Source of the DNA: Klebsormidium nitens
Lineage: Eukaryota > Plantae > Klebsormidiophyceae
DNA length: 64,000 nucleotides
Reading direction: 5' to 3'
Assembly: GCA_000708835.1 (NCBI GenBank)
Contig: DF237008.1
Location: 62,001 to 126,000 of the forward strand
The notes under the pieces were generated by a model, which saw nothing but the letters and a program-made list of their open reading frames with translations, made no database searches and was not told the DNA's origin. Positions 11,758 through 23,089 of the stretch are shown here, in pieces. Positions within the stretch are counted from its first letter, which is position 1; each line of letters opens with the position of its first letter. The position numbers and the translations under genes were made by a program.

Positions 11758-14700
11758 ATGGCTGCCCGATCCGCCACCAGGATGCAGGTGCAATCACAAC
11801 TAAACGCAGCTACAACCAGTGCACGTTGTGAAAAACAGTGCAGACATGCTTCGTTCGCGCCAAAGCAACAGCCGCAGCTTCCCTTACGAGGAGCGGTCTG
11901 CCACAATGTGTTGAGCTGGCGGTTCACAAGCACGTTAAAGAAGAAGGTTTATCAAAAGCTTATAATTTCAGAAAGGGGTAGGTTCAGGAGCTGCAGTGGC
12001 GGCGATCAAGAAGATAAGGAAGGGGAGCAAGCGGAGTCGGGCGGCAGAGTTCTGCGAGGAGCCGTCATGAGGAAGCAGGTCAAATTGAATGCAGAGTTGC
12101 AGGTAAGAAGATGGAACTGACATCCTCATCACAGATGCTCGACAATCTACTGTAAAAGATTACCAACTGGCTGAATTTTGACCAACATCGGTTGTTTTCT
12201 GTAAGAGGTAAACGCCTAGAAGAAGCGCGACTCCAAAGTGGAGCAGTGGGAAATTTGTGGAGCTATCCTCCCATCTGCAGGCCCTGCATGTTGCACTGCA
12301 AGGACATATCAGAATAGAGACTTTTTACCACCACATGCAGTCCAACACCATAAAATCCTTGGGCAGAAGGATGCAACCAGAACCTTCTTCTAGCAGACAC
12401 TGTCTTTCAAGGCAGAGCTGATTTCTTCCACTGACAACCCTTACACTCGGTTTCAGGTCCAAAGTGGGAGGAAACTTTTCTGATGCATTTTTTAGCACAC
12501 GCTGTTTGTTGCTCATGTTCATCAACTTTCCACAGACTCCTACTTGAACAAATGCAGAGACTAGGACCGGACGGCCTCGAAGAGAAACTCCGCAGCGTAC
12601 CAAGGCCCCGACAACCGAACCGGCTGCTTGAACTGATTGCGGAGAGGACTGTCAGGGGACAGACCACTCTCATTGTGGAAGTTGGGCGGGCGTCTCCTTC
12701 CGAAACTTCAGAGCAACTGGCTGAAAGGGCGGCCGCATTGATAGAATGGGGTGAGGTGGGGGCCCACACCTAATCACCTCGGTTTCGAACTTTGGGGTTG
12801 TACGGGAAGACTTTTGACAGTTGCGATGCACACTTTGCAGCTTTTATCGATCCTCTGGCTGCCGACTGAGGCAGATCGCATGCGATGAAGTACTTGCGAC
12901 TGTAATCTGAAGCGCAGAGTGCAAACGGGTCGATCAGGGGTCTCCGGAGCACACTGTTAAGAAGCCCAAAAGTCGGGGACTGAACTTTCAGGGGCAAACT
13001 TTTCATGGTCCAGCTGCTTGCCGTCCACTACACAAAAGTGCGCTGAGGAGCCACAATAAATTTTGCTGGGAGTGCAGTAGAAGCTGTGAAATGCTTCATC
13101 TGCAAGAAAGGAAGGCGTCTGGAATTATATTTGAGAACAAGCTCTATACGCTCCTCACCACAGCGCACTCACGCTGTGCTGACTTTGTGCGGAAAAGAAG
13201 GATTGGACCTTCGTTAAGCTGCGCACTGTATGGTGACCTTGCACCCTCTGGTCACACTTGAGACCCCCACGTGTTCGTTGTGTCACCTTCTCCTACTCTT
13301 GAACCCTCATATGCCGGCTTCTTCTGCCTTCGAGATAAAATTCGTAACAATCTGAACCCTTCACATGCTTCTTGCGAAAGACCTCCCCACGAGGGTGCCT
13401 GACAGTTGACGCTCACTCTCTCGGCCTTCTCTCGTTGCAGGAGCAGACGCTGTAGCTGTATGTACGGACGAAGAGCTCACGCCGGATGGGAGGATGGACC
13501 TAGTCACGGTCTGCCACAGTGAGTGCTGCGCTAGCCCCTTCGCTGGAGAGGTTCCTCGGGACTCGGGAAACGCACTGTCCAGGAACAGGTCATTCTTTGA
13601 ACAGCGATACTCAGGACTCAGGAAGCGCACTGTCCAAGAACCGGTCACATTACTGAACAGCGATCTAAGCAGTTCAGGAAGTATACAAAGGTTTTACATG
13701 ACCTCAGAGATCGAGAGTTGTGTCGACTTCAGCGGATCACAGATGAGAACGAGGTTGATCGTTTGCCATTCGAGTTCAGGGGTGACTGTGGGCTAGAGAT
13801 CCGAGACACCGAAGTTTCTTTCTGAAGGTGCTCATTTCTTTTTCGGCCGCTGAATTAGTCGCAGCCAAATCAGCAAGACAGCATTCCGTCTCTGCACAAC
13901 ACTTGTGACGATTGCTCACATCGCGAACCTGCTTTGCATCACAGGATTGGGGAATACGCCTGTCCTTTGTCGAGACTGGATTCTGCACCCCATCCAGGTG
14001 AAGCGGTTTTGCCTTCTCCCTTACTCGTACTTCTGCTTCATGTTTTCAGTGACTGCCCATTCCAATGCGGCGCTCAAAATAAAAAGAGCTCGGCTCGAGG
14101 GCCCTAGATTTGCAGCTTCCTGAAGAGCTGTTGGGTTCTTGCCAAAGGGGAATCTTTCTTGATACGAGACTTCCATCGTTCATCAACACCGCACTAAATT
14201 TTAAAATCGTGCGCAAACTAGGGGAAGGTGCATGAAACAACATTTGCCTCATGCAAACGGGCAACTGTAATCTCGTGGGACCTAATGAGTCCAAAGGATG
14301 TTCGCTCCGTGAGTTTTCTATCGTAACTTTCCCTTGGAATTCGAGCAGCCGGGTTTCCTGTTGCTCGCTTACGAGACTGCAACATCTGCTGCTCGTATGC
14401 TCGTAAAGACCCTCAAGTGCTAACTTTTCTACGTCTGCAGATCGTAGACATTACTCGCTCTGGCGCCGCGGGGTTCAACTTAGTGCAAGCCGTGCTGGGT
14501 GAAGGTAAAACCAAACCATTTTCAAGCTTCTCCGTCTGCGTAATAGAAACACAAGGCTGCTGCATCAAAACACTACCGAGAGCCTGCCTCCTCCGAGGAG
14601 CCGATCGATGATCCAAACTCTTGCTCAGATTCACGGGACGCTTTGTGAGTTCTACCCCTTGAACTAGAGCGGCGGAGTTGAAGCTCACGGTGACGCAACA

Positions 14701-17340
14701 GGAAGTTTAGAAACGAGCCTTCGCTCCAGACGGATGAGCGGTTTTGAGAGAGGTTTCGACTCTACTTCCAGAAATTCAACGCTTACGTAAGGAAATGTCC
14801 AGCTGAGAACGCTTTCAGAACGTTGATGTTGGTCTCATACTGTCTTCAGTCCATGCCAACAGCGCATGACCATTCACGGTCCATCACATTCTCCCTGCTT
14901 CAGGATTTCAGGAAGCCCTTGGATGAGCTCTTCAAGAAGGACCTGCGGCGCAACGAAGGTTCCCGACCGGTCGACCAGACACACACAATTCCGCCGAGAC
15001 CGTTGTAGACAATGTTCAGAGTCTGCTTCTGGTCAAGGAAAATCTTGCTTTTGATTTACAATTTAAAACGTGTTTCTGCTTCCAGGCACGCCGGCGCTGC
15101 TCAAAATTGGTCTGGCGACGGGGCTCGACCCCATCATCGAGGTGAGTTCCACCGGCATGCTTCTCCATATTGTCCATGTGAATCAGACCGAACTAAAAGT
15201 TGTGACTTCAGCTCGTTGGCTGATGCCGCAACATTCTGGTGTGCGTGTCCGGAGAAATTTTTGTGCGAGGCATCTAAGTTGAAAGCCTTTCTGAGAGCGC
15301 ATCTGCTATCTGCTCACAAGGCTTGGACGGCTGACGTCAAGAGCGCTTTCCGTTGCGGTACTGTCAGTTCCCGTTTCGGTGTTGGACGTCAAAATCCATT
15401 TCTGGAAATGAGCTTCTTTAGCGAAGCTCAAACAAAGTCTTGCGGTGCGGGCACGTTGATACCTGCAAACCGATACGATGCCTTACGAGGCAGAATACCC
15501 AGCAGACATCACCCGCTGTGGACAAAACGGAGAGCTTACTTTGTCCCGCCAGAAACAGCTTGCGCAAGTCTTTCGAGGCGCTTATCACGCATTGGCGCTT
15601 GCGCTCATCCAACGTATGTTGCTCTTGGAAACAAAGCGCTCATTCCTTCGTCCACCCGTATTACCGCAGCTCAGCAGTGCCTGGTGCAAACTCAAGAGCT
15701 TGCGCCATTCTCTTGAGGCGGGTATACCGCACCGCCACTTGCGCATCATCTGTTGCTTCTGGAGTTGGGGCGCCCATGCCTTCTCCCACCCTTATCACCG
15801 GCGCTCAGGAATGCCCGGTACAAACGTCCCGACCGCTCTCCCAAGTCTTTTCGCAGGTGGTCAACAAGGACCAGGTAGAGAAAGTGGTCGGCGGTGGTGG
15901 CGCCACTCTTTTTGGCGTCAACATCTCTGTCGGCCTGTCGGTGAGACAACTCCCTTCATCATCGCCTCTATTTTGTCTCTGTCTCTTCCTGACCGCCGTC
16001 TTGACAGCCTCTGCCGCCGTTCAGCGCACTGATGGTGGTTCAAATCACAGTTGTAGTCGTGTTAAACTTGGTCGGTCTCATCTCCCATCCGATTCTGCGC
16101 CTGCCAAGAGCGGCTTCTCGCCGTAAAAGGTCCTCGAGCATCGACTTCGTGTCGAAGCTCGTACTATATGCGGCTCAGGTAATGTTTTCTGTCAGGTTTC
16201 ACCATGGAAATTCAACGTCAGTTAAATATGCCACGTCATATAGCGGCAGCTGACAACGCTCTGCGAGCTGCTATCGACCAGGCGCAGCGCGAGCGCTGCC
16301 CTCGCGCTGCGGCCATCAGTCAGAAACGATCGTCCCAGCAGATATTCTTCTTTTTGCTGCAACTCAGTGTGCGTCAGAGCTGTTGAATGGTGACCCAAAC
16401 TGCCGTGCCGCTAGCCGAGCCGCCAGAAACGTATTGATGCATGTTGGATTCAGCGACTTTGTTACTGGGGACAAATGGCAGCGTCGACCGATGGCAGCTT
16501 TAACGAGCAATGCAAGTCCGCACCCTGCGTCAACTGTCACCAATCGACGCCGCCTGATCCACACAAGTCACAGTTATTGACCCCCCATCTGTTCGAAACT
16601 GATTTTGAACCGTCCGATGATGATTCACGGTGCCCGGTTCAACGGACGCTTCGATATGTGCCAGGTGTCCATCCCGGGGTTCCGTCAGGACGTCGCGAAG
16701 TCGCTCGTGCAGCAACTGCCGTTCGGGGCAGCTTCCGTGGTGGTGAGTGACGCAAGCCCGGCCTCTGCGCGAGCGGATGGCGGTCAGCGACTCCTGACTT
16801 TCATTTTGCAAAGGTCGGGATGAGGGACGCGAAAGATGGTTCTGATGACGCCAAGAAAGGCAAGAGTTTTGCTCACGTGCCAGCTGAATTCCCGCCCGGA
16901 TTGGCGTTCGTGGTGGAAGGCGGTGCTTGGAATATCAAAGCACGAGTTCGACGGAATCTGCAAGCACGAGGTTGCGTGAGAATATCGAGATTGTTCCCAG
17001 GGTAAGTAAAACCCCAGCTGTTGCATGGCACATCTGCTCGAAGAAAGCGGCCCAGCAGCGAAGGAAGGACGCACGCCGTTTACATGACCTCCCTTTCTCC
17101 CAAGTCGCCGTCAATCTGCTAATCGCGCTCGTGTGCAAGTCTTCGATGACTCTGACGTTATCTACGTCTTTGCAGGGCGTGTCGTCGGTTGACGAGGCCC
17201 GGATTATGAGAGCTGCCGGCACGGACGCAATCTGGTTGAAACGGGAAGCCTTGCAGTCAGGGAAAGGCGAACCTAGCTGGGAAGACAAGGCGAGAAGCCT
17301 GCTCGAACAACTGTCGTACGTTTTGATCGGGGATGACTAA
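11758..17340 (+). CDS. Indole-3-glycerol-phosphate synthase (TrpC/IGPS)-like TIM-barrel protein, probably plastid-targeted, catalytically divergent
   Basis: Exons: 11758-12102 (Ser/Ala/Arg-rich transit-like), ~12500-12750 (5' boundary unresolved; LIVEVGRASPSE), 13441-13518 (GADAVAVCTD), 13945-13997 (PVLCRDWILHPIQ), 14441-14504, 15086-15141 (GLDPIIE), 15857-15940 (GATLFGVN), 16665-16742, 17176-17340 (GVSSVDEARIMRAAGTDAIW). The motif order matches the IGPS barrel strands. Confidence 0.75.
13566..13680 (+). repeat. ~57-bp imperfect tandem duplication in an intron
   Basis: GGAAACGCACTGTCCAGGAACAGGTCA...GAACAGCGAT followed directly by GGAAGCGCACTGTCCAAGAACCGGTCA...GAACAGCGAT. Confidence 0.8.
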
Positions 17341-19404
17341 CGTACCCTGATTCAGAACGCGCTCACGCTTCATTCTTACGATTGAATGATTTGGCAAGCC
17401 GTCATGCTCAACAAGGTGGTTTTCATTGACGCAGCCACACGCTTGAGTCGACAAGGACGAGCACAGCATGCTTTGCACTTTCTATGGTTGAACGTTGCGC
17501 GTTGACATACAGTGATCATATGGTGCCGCCGCTGCTTGCACCAAGCCATGGGTAGTGGGTCTTGGCATGTCGGAGTTTTGACAGGGTCGTCAGATACGCC
17601 ACTCAATCTGTAACGTGTTGCTAATACCTGGGACATTGTCTTTCATGTCGCAAGCAGGCCTATACGCTTATACCTCGTTTCGAAGCCCACTGCCGTTTAG
17701 TGGACTCAATTGGAAGGTGCATGATTGCATGAGTCCAGCTGCGGCATGGTGATAGTTGGTCAAACTGAGCAGAAGGCCCTGATTAGTTGCTCCACGATCC
17801 TGCATGCATGGGTGGAAGTAAAATATATCACAATGACTCAGAATTGCAGGGGGCAGTACACAGCATGCACTTATCAAATGTTGACGTTGTACCGGCCCAC
17901 TGGCCCGCGCGGTCAAGCTTCGTAGAGCCTACATTGAAAACGAAAACTAGCTATGCAGTCGATCGGACAATACAGTCTTATGTAGATGTAGTAAGGATCG
18001 GATCAGCAATTCAGATTGAAGCCTTGTTGTCCAATTCCTAGCTTCGTACCGGCCACTCACTTGAGCTGCGCCATTTTTCATATCGTAGGCAACTCGGAAC
18101 TGCAGAAGTACTTGATTGCGGTGCCCTTCAGAGTTCAGACATCAATCATATAGATATAGCCATCATGTCAAGATCTCAAGCTCGAAGAGAAATGCGTTTG
18201 AGAGTGTAGATATCGTAGAAGTGTCAAAGTCCAGCTAGAGACGGCTAGTCGCCGGCGGCTGCAATATCATCTTATATGAGCATACATTTAAGTCATCTCG
18301 AGTAGACGAACGGACGTTTGATTATTTGCCCTGCTCTTCTTACCAAAGCTTCCAGTGAAGAAAGATATATTTGTCGCTAAAGTTTGGCAATGTTCAATTA
18401 CAGCCAGAAGGTTTGCCTATTGTATTGAGAGCTCATAGTTGTTGAAGAAATGGATCGTGACTTTAGGCCTTCGTTTCTGCTGATGAATATTACACAGTCT
18501 TCATCGTAAATGTACAATTCTCGGAGCTAGCGAATGTTCTAATGCAAGTCAACATCGAATTGGAGCGGATTCACCGGCCCATCACAGTTTTGGCAAGCAT
18601 TCACTTACTAGGTTACTAGCTTGTACGTGCTGCTTTATACTACTAGCGAGAGTGCTGTCTAATCAATTGAGAGTACCCGGCCTAGTAGTCATCATGCGTA
18701 CGATGCGTACGGTAGGTTTGTATATGCGAAGTTTGTTACTCCTTTCATGTTACAAGTTCCAACATAGATCATCATAAGCAGAACTAGTCTTTCCTATTTC
18801 GTCTGATTTCTGCACAATACGAGCTACTTGATTCGTTCACAAAAATTCAATAGGATCCAATACAGCGGTTGCAAATTGTGTTTACAAACCAAGAGTTCGG
18901 AGCTTTTCATTCGGGAAAGTGGTTGGTTGACTGGGAATAGCATCAAAACCAGCGACGTTTAGTATGAGTGGCAAAGGTTTTTTGTTTGCTTACCTCGGGT
19001 CAACCGTTCTTCACACTTTTGTTCAATCTCGAGATCATATATATTCATTGTCTATTCCCGAGGAAAGAAAATGTGCAAACACATAGCCGTTGGCAGTTTT
19101 CCAATTGAATTCATTCAAATTCTTCCATACGAAGGTTTCGAACAGTAGAGAGTTTTGTTTAACACCGTTTTAAATACAGTGTATCTCTGCATTGTTTCGA
19201 TTCTCAGTTCCTACATTTTCACGCTAGTGACTTGGTCGTACAGAAAATTGCCGTCCCAGTAACTCCTACCTCAATCTACGACTCAATTTTACATCGTCCA
19301 ATCGACCACCTCTCAACAAGGTGCCACCTAACAATGATTCTCAGGCGGCGTTTGAATGCTACGAATATGTAACGTACACTCATCTACGACAAGCGACTGC
19401 CAAC

Positions 19405-21238
19405 CTAGACAACGTCAGTGGCTGTTGTGTGGTGCTTAGCACCGGGCATTCCGATGCCGGTGGTGCCAACGCCCGCAGGGGAAGCATTCCTGTTGTGGTT
19501 GTTGCCGATAGGCAGGCCGTGAACCAGGATGTTGTAGATCAGTTGGAAAACGGTGACGATAATCTGGAATGATGCTACGGTTTTCTGCAAAAAGATGGAG
19601 TCCAACGGCTTTAGAAGGTTGCAGATTGTGAAATGGCAACAAGGTACCGCAGAGTCTTTTCACTAGATGCCAAATCCCTATCAGCATCAGCATCAGAGCG
19701 TTTGCTGTTCAGCAAGTGATGCGCGGAATCAGCAAGTGATGCGCGGAAAGCGACGATGAGAAAACACCCTTTCCATCACAATTGAGCAGACTTCATTCTT
19801 GGAAAAGTACTCCACACCTTTTTGGAATTATCACCAGTGTACGTGCCTGACCCAAGCCAGGCTAGCTCCTCAATCAAGTACTACAGACGGTGATAAAGCC
19901 ATTCCGGATCAGGTGTATGCTTACCACAATAGACCCGATGCGGCCTCCACCAATGTTTCCACGTTCAAGAGTTTTGCAGGCAATCCTGCAAGAAACACAA
20001 AGAATGTTCAGAAGGTGGTGTGTTTGCTACAACATCTTGTAAAGAGTGCCTTCGCCACATTACCAATCTACCTCGCTTTTACTTTCAAGAGGGTGGTGAG
20101 AGCTGCCAAAATCCACTTCACATCAATGCAACAGGTCAAAAGCAAACCCTGTCGCGTTACCAAAATCATCCAGAACCTAGAATGCATTTCCAAACCAGCA
20201 AGATGCAGTTTCGGACGAGGAGCCACGCAATGTGTAGAAAAACAGCAAATCAGGTAATGGAACAAACGAGCATTACTTACCCGAAGGCCAAGAGGTTGAT
20301 CAGCAGTGCAATCCAAGCCGTTGCAGCAGCTCCAGAAGCAGAGTGGTCCGCATAGGTGGCTGAATGGTAATATCCCATGATCACCGATGCCAGGCCGAGC
20401 ATGGATGCAATAAGGCAGAAGATCACCATGAAGAAGACCACCGAGTTCCCTGTGCAATGGAACCATATGAAAAGTCAGAAAGCGATGATGGAATCCCGTG
20501 AGAAGTAGCATGCAGCTTTTCACAACTGCCTACTTCACTTTGTTTGTTGGTGCGGTATTTACAATCATTTCAGACGTTTCATGCCAAAACTGACGTGTTG
20601 TAAGGTGTTCATTACCTGTTGCATACCTATTTTCAGTACACGGTGTTCTTGAAAAATACAGCCTCAATCTTGCAGGCTGCTGGTGATATGAGATGTGTCT
20701 GGATAAAAGTCCGACTCGAAAATAACAGTTTCAATCTGTATGCACAGCAGTAAAGAAGGACCCCACCCTGTTCACCCAGTCATGTCACTGAAGAACACCT
20801 GGAGTAGGAGCTCTCATCACTATTCATTGCTCTCTTCGTTTGAATCTCAGCACCAACACTGACCTTCAAGCTGCTCGTACTAGCCAGATTTTGAACAGTT
20901 GCACAGTGTATTTTAGAGCTTCTTGAACTACCAAGGCAGCATCTCTTACCAATTGAACTACAGACGACAGACTGGCATGACACTACCTCAGCTTCTCTGT
21001 CCCTGTGAGCAAACCATCTTGCCACAGCTGAAAATATACTTAAACATCAAAATTCAGTTGCTGCATCCTTACTCTGAATGATCCCAGGGCTATCGGCATC
21101 TTTGTTGAAGAGGTAGCCTGATAGGCACGCAATGACGATGTACATCAGTGACAGCAGGATGATAAGAGGCAACAAGACGCTCCGCCCCATGCCGGCATTC
21201 GGCCCACCCAGCGCACCCTTGGCACCACCCTTCGCCAT
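19405..21238 (-). CDS. AWPM-19-like (PM19) plasma-membrane protein
   Basis: Exons 21238-21073 (MAKGG...GRSVLLPLIILLSLMYIVIACLSGY), 20449-20281 (NSVVFFMVIFCLIASMLGLASV...AAATAWIALLINLLAFG), 19985-19925 (IACKTLERG), 19584-19405 (KTVASFQIIVTVFQLIYNILVHG...stop). GT-AG junctions, four hydrophobic segments, collinear with the AWPM-19 family. Confidence 0.8.
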
Positions 21239-21808
21239 CTCGAACTGTGTTGAGAGAGGAAGCGCTTGGATTGAGGGCAGGAAGGTGGAAGACGGAAGAC
21301 ACTAGGCGCCTTTGTTTCAAACTTGGAATACTTGGAAATGGCAACGAGAGAATTGCAAGAGTGAGAGAATATACCTTAGCCAAAGATGGCTTCACCCAGA
21401 ATCTCAAACGCGGAGTGCCACTGCTGCACTGCTGAGGCGGACAGTGAGAGCAGACTGCAAATCACAGTTTGTCTGTAGATTTGTCCCAGGTGTACATTAT
21501 GTTCCTGGGTCCCGCCAACCGGGTGCTCTTGCATTCAATGCGCTCCAGCTAGGTGGAGGCATGCAAGCACACCGGGGAAAACTTTCCTTGTCCCTTTTCC
21601 ACGTCGGCACTGAGTGCTGAGGTGGGATGTGGCTTGTCAACCAATCACAGGCTCCTTGTCAACGTCCCCGAGGACGTTTGAGCTTATCGCAGCCGTCGAA
21701 GCAGATTGCTCGGCCAAATGGCACTCTTCGAGGGGGTGCCAGGTTGTAAAATTGAACCTCCCCAACAAAGCTGTAACCAGTGCATGCGTGGAGACTTGAC
21801 TCCGCGTT

Positions 21809-21816
21809 CCACGTGG
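21809..21816. promoter_or_regulatory. Palindromic G-box/ABRE (CCACGTGG) ~570 bp upstream of the AWPM-19-like start
   Basis: Exact CCACGTGG. The AWPM-19 family is ABA/dehydration-inducible in land plants. A single short motif could occur by chance. Confidence 0.3.
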
Positions 21817-22089
21817 ATGGAGCACCGCACCGCCAGGCTGTTCAACAGGCATGTGAACAACCTCCATCACATGTGTTTCTCAGGACCGAAACCGCCCGCT
21901 GTAATTATCGACGGCCCAACGAGTGATTCAGGATCATCTCAACGGTTATAGAGGCGACAACTGGCCTGGCGGTCACGTTTACCCTAGAAGCTCAACAGCC
22001 AATGGGCGTGCACCACTGGGGATTCTCCAACTTCTGAGGTGACTACGTACGACATGCGACCACAGAGCCGACTCCAAGAGCTGTAATCA

Positions 22090-22330
22090 TCAATGCGCGT
22101 ACCTAGGTCCTACATACTGCGTGTGCACTGTGTGCTGGTTTCCCCGATAAGGCCAGGTACGGTACCCCCTCGGGATAGTACTCCAGAGACGGTACCGCGA
22201 GTCCACATAAGTACGGTATACCGTACCGTACGCTTGAAGGGTAGGTACCGTACACCGTACGATATCAGGCGGGCGGGGCCGCGGACTCACCGCATTGTGG
22301 CGCATGTGGCAACTGCTTAGGTACCGAAAT
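22090..22330. repeat. GTAC-dense, partly palindromic intergenic element
   Basis: Roughly a dozen GTAC tetramers in ~240 bp, e.g. GGTACGGTACC, GTACGGTATACCGTACCGTACG, GGTACCGTACACCGTACG. Confidence 0.55.
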
Positions 22331-23089
22331 TATAGGGATGTCTCTTCGACTCTTCGTTTCTTATAACTGGGAGAATTCGGAATTCCGACGTTAGCCAGTG
22401 CGGGCGCCCATAGTACGGTAGCTCCCATCATGGTTAATGGCGTACAAAATATTGATTGATGTCTTTGAACATGTCTGCTTCTATGAGTTACCTACTATTA
22501 GTGTGCATGAGCCTACCGACAATACCATAAGATTGATGATAGAACATGTTGTGCCAACGCCCTTCTGAACTTATAATAGGACATGATTGATTGACAGGCT
22601 TAAATTGCTGCATGACAGCTACATGGGGGCTAGAATGATTGTCATTTCAAATCGAGCATCTATGATAAAGTTTAACAAATCATGCAGCACTCTAATTGAA
22701 TTCAAGCTATAAGCGATAAGAATCGACCAGTGTAAGCCAATCATTAAGTGCAGCTGTTTAGAGACTACTTGCAAGTGCGGCATGAATCCCAGTCGAAAGG
22801 CATACTAAGGGATTCTACAGTATAATACAAAGAAGGCCGTTGCGGAAGTATAAGGCTGGCACGTACATATTAGGCAAAACAATGGATATCAACATGAATC
22901 ACTAGATCCGATGATCGTCCGCGGAATTTACACCAAGTCATATTGCTCGCGCTGTCGAACTTGCACGTGCCAATGCTTGCATAAGGAAAGTAGGAATACT
23001 AAGAAACTGATTGAAAGGCCCTTGATTGTAATAATTCTGAACAGGCTGTCTGTTGCTCTCTTAAACTTATTGCTGTGAGCTACTGTACG

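Noticed and set aside
19710-19750. 20-nt perfect tandem duplication TCAGCAAGTGATGCGCGGAA x2
   Set aside because: It is an ordinary short slippage duplication in an AWPM-19 intron that does not include a splice junction.
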